From a bacterium (GTDB lineage Bacteria > Hinthialibacterota > Hinthialibacteria > Hinthialibacterales > Hinthialibacteraceae): a DNA stretch of 64,000 nt. Below are positions 62,608-64,000 of the stretch, one piece after another; the stretch's first letter is position 1, and each line of letters begins with the position of its first letter. A program made the translations under genes and the position numbers. The notes under the pieces were generated by a model. That model did not search any database. It saw only the letters and a list, made by a program, of their open reading frames with translations, and was not told the DNA's origin. The stretch is taken from assembly GCA_963663405.2 (NCBI GenBank), contig CAXXSM010000143.1, positions 1 through 64,000 on the forward strand. The letters are read 5' to 3'.

Positions 62608-64000
62608 ATGACGCCGCGTAAGATGTTGACACCCAATTTTATTATTGTTCAGGTCTTCCTAGTTGTCTTCTGGGGAATTCTTCAAGTCAACCTTGCGCGG
62701 GCGGTTCCAGTTCCCGGTATGCGGATCATTGGAATGGAATGCCTGCGGGATGCGGTATTTGTCCTGTTTTTCCTATTATGGGGGATCATTGGATTTCGTC
62801 GGATATGGGAAACGTATGGAAAAACATCGATCGCGTGGATTTTGGAAGCGCTTGGGATCGCTTTTTTTATTGGCGCGGTGATATGGATTGACTCCGAACC
62901 GTTGTGGTATGGATTAAACTCATCCGGCGATCACATGATGCAATACACGCTGGCCACACTGACGGAATGCAATCTATTCCATTTTGGACGCTTGGGTGGC
63001 TGGTGTTCCGCTTTTGGAGCGGGTTTTCCTCTAAACGATCTGTATCCACCTGGAGGCTTTATACTTTACTGCCTGCTACGGATTTTGAGTTTGGGATTCA
63101 TCGCTGGGGAATACATCTATACGTACACCGTTTTCTTGTCTTATCTTGCGTTCTCCTTTGTGTTGTATAGATTGGTCCGGAAGAACTTTGGGCGTTGTTC
63201 CGCTCTGTTACTCTTACTTCTCTTGCTGTTGGATGATGGAATGCATTTCGGTTGGAGGCAGTTCTTTCATATCGGAATGTGGGGAAGCGGCCTTGGTTTG
63301 GCGTTGGCGTTTTACGCGTATTGGACCTTTTCAAAACCGGATCGGTTACGAACGTATTGGCATGGACCACTGTTAGCGGCGGTGTTTGGCTTTTCAATTC
63401 TCCTACACCCTCTCTTTCTTTTCACACACGCGCTTTGGATAACGCTTCATGTGATCACACGTTTTCTCGATGAACGCTGTTTTATAAACGAGAGAAGCGA
63501 TGCGGAAGCCGGCGCGCGAGGATTAAAGATTCTATGGAGCCTATGTGGAATCGGATTGGCGGCGTTCTGGTGGCTTCCCTTCGCGTTTAGCCGGGATTGG
63601 ATAATTCCATTTGGGTATATTGGGCGCGACTTTCCCGATGTGGGGAAAGAGATCTGGGATGGCAATCTATACAACGCGTCGGCTGTTCATGTGACGCTGG
63701 GCGTTGTGGGGATTCTTTGCGCTGTGTTTTCCAGGCGGCGCGCCGTCTTTCTTCTTGGCTTGTTCAGTATTATCAATATATTCGCCGGATCAGAAATCGC
63801 GCGGCATATTTTTTCGTTCCCCTTTTTGGAAAGTTTTTTCTCGCACATGCAAGGCGCGAGACTCATCGGCGCGGCGAAAATCGCCTCGATGATCTTGGGC
63901 GCCGGATATTGTGGGCGAGCCTTGCAGCATTATTTCGATACAATGTCCACCGAATCAACGAATTCTGTTTTGCTGCGATCTTTGGGAGTGTTTCTTTCCC
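62608..64000 (+). CDS. Large GT-C-like membrane protein (PTPS-related/YfhO-like), truncated by the window end; not in the ORF track
   Basis: Hand translation MTPRKMLTP...; SGDH, GW..FGAGFP..LYPPG and LAAFWWLPF are in the same frame; no stop seen in the parts translated. Confidence 0.7.
   Translation, partial: MTPRKMLTPNFIIVQVFLVVFWGILQVNLARAVPVPGMRIIGMECLRDAVFVLFFLLWGIIGFRRIWETYGKTSIAWILEALGIAFFIGAVIWIDSEPLWYGLNSSGDHMMQYTLATLTECNLFHFGRLGGWCSAFGAGFPLNDLYPPGGFILYCLLRILSLGFIAGEYIYTYTVFLSYLAFSFVLYRLVRKNFGRCSALLLLLLLLLDDGMHFGWRQFFHIGMWGSGLGLALAFYAYWTFSKPDRLRTYWHGPLLAAVFGFSILLHPLFLFTHALWITLHVITRFLDERCFINERSDAEAGARGLKILWSLCGIGLAAFWWLPFAFSRDWIIPFGYIGRDFPDVGKEIWDGNLYNASAVHVTLGVVGILCAVFSRRRAVFLLGLFSIINIFAGSEIARHIFSFPFLESFFSHMQGARLIGAAKIASMILGAGYCGRALQHYFDTMSTESTNSVLLRSLGVFLS

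Overview
Bacterial chromosomal segment of moderate GC with several AT-rich inserts. The lineage is probably a poorly characterised diderm; the pilin style and secreted-protein C-termini recall Hinthialibacterota/Sumerlaeota-like candidate phyla, but that is inference only. Housekeeping genes: trpB-trpA-accD, rsfS, a DksA/TraR protein, an M29 aminopeptidase and comB. Dispersed type IV pilus/T2SS parts: a major pilin with a structured 5' leader, a PilGHI/Xap-like ABC module, and a minor-pilin operon (GspH/I/J/K-like). In that operon three subunits carry DxDGDG-type acidic repeats and the GspK-like subunit is about 2,180 aa. Also present: five glycosyltransferase-like genes, glycan/sulfate enzymes, a Hel308-like helicase fused to an OmpR-type wHTH, a BlaI/BlaR1(M56)-Kelch module with a clear promoter/operator, and four TA modules (ParDE, Panacea, HigBA, HicAB). 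There is one complete IS with TIRs and a 3-bp TSD, three families of extragenic palindromic repeats, and an array of four paralogous small membrane modules, one read as fused to a sialidase. About 13 genes are split by apparent small insertions, mostly one extra base in a homopolymer run (including trpA), so most splits are probably long-read errors. No rRNA, tRNA or CRISPR array was recognised.
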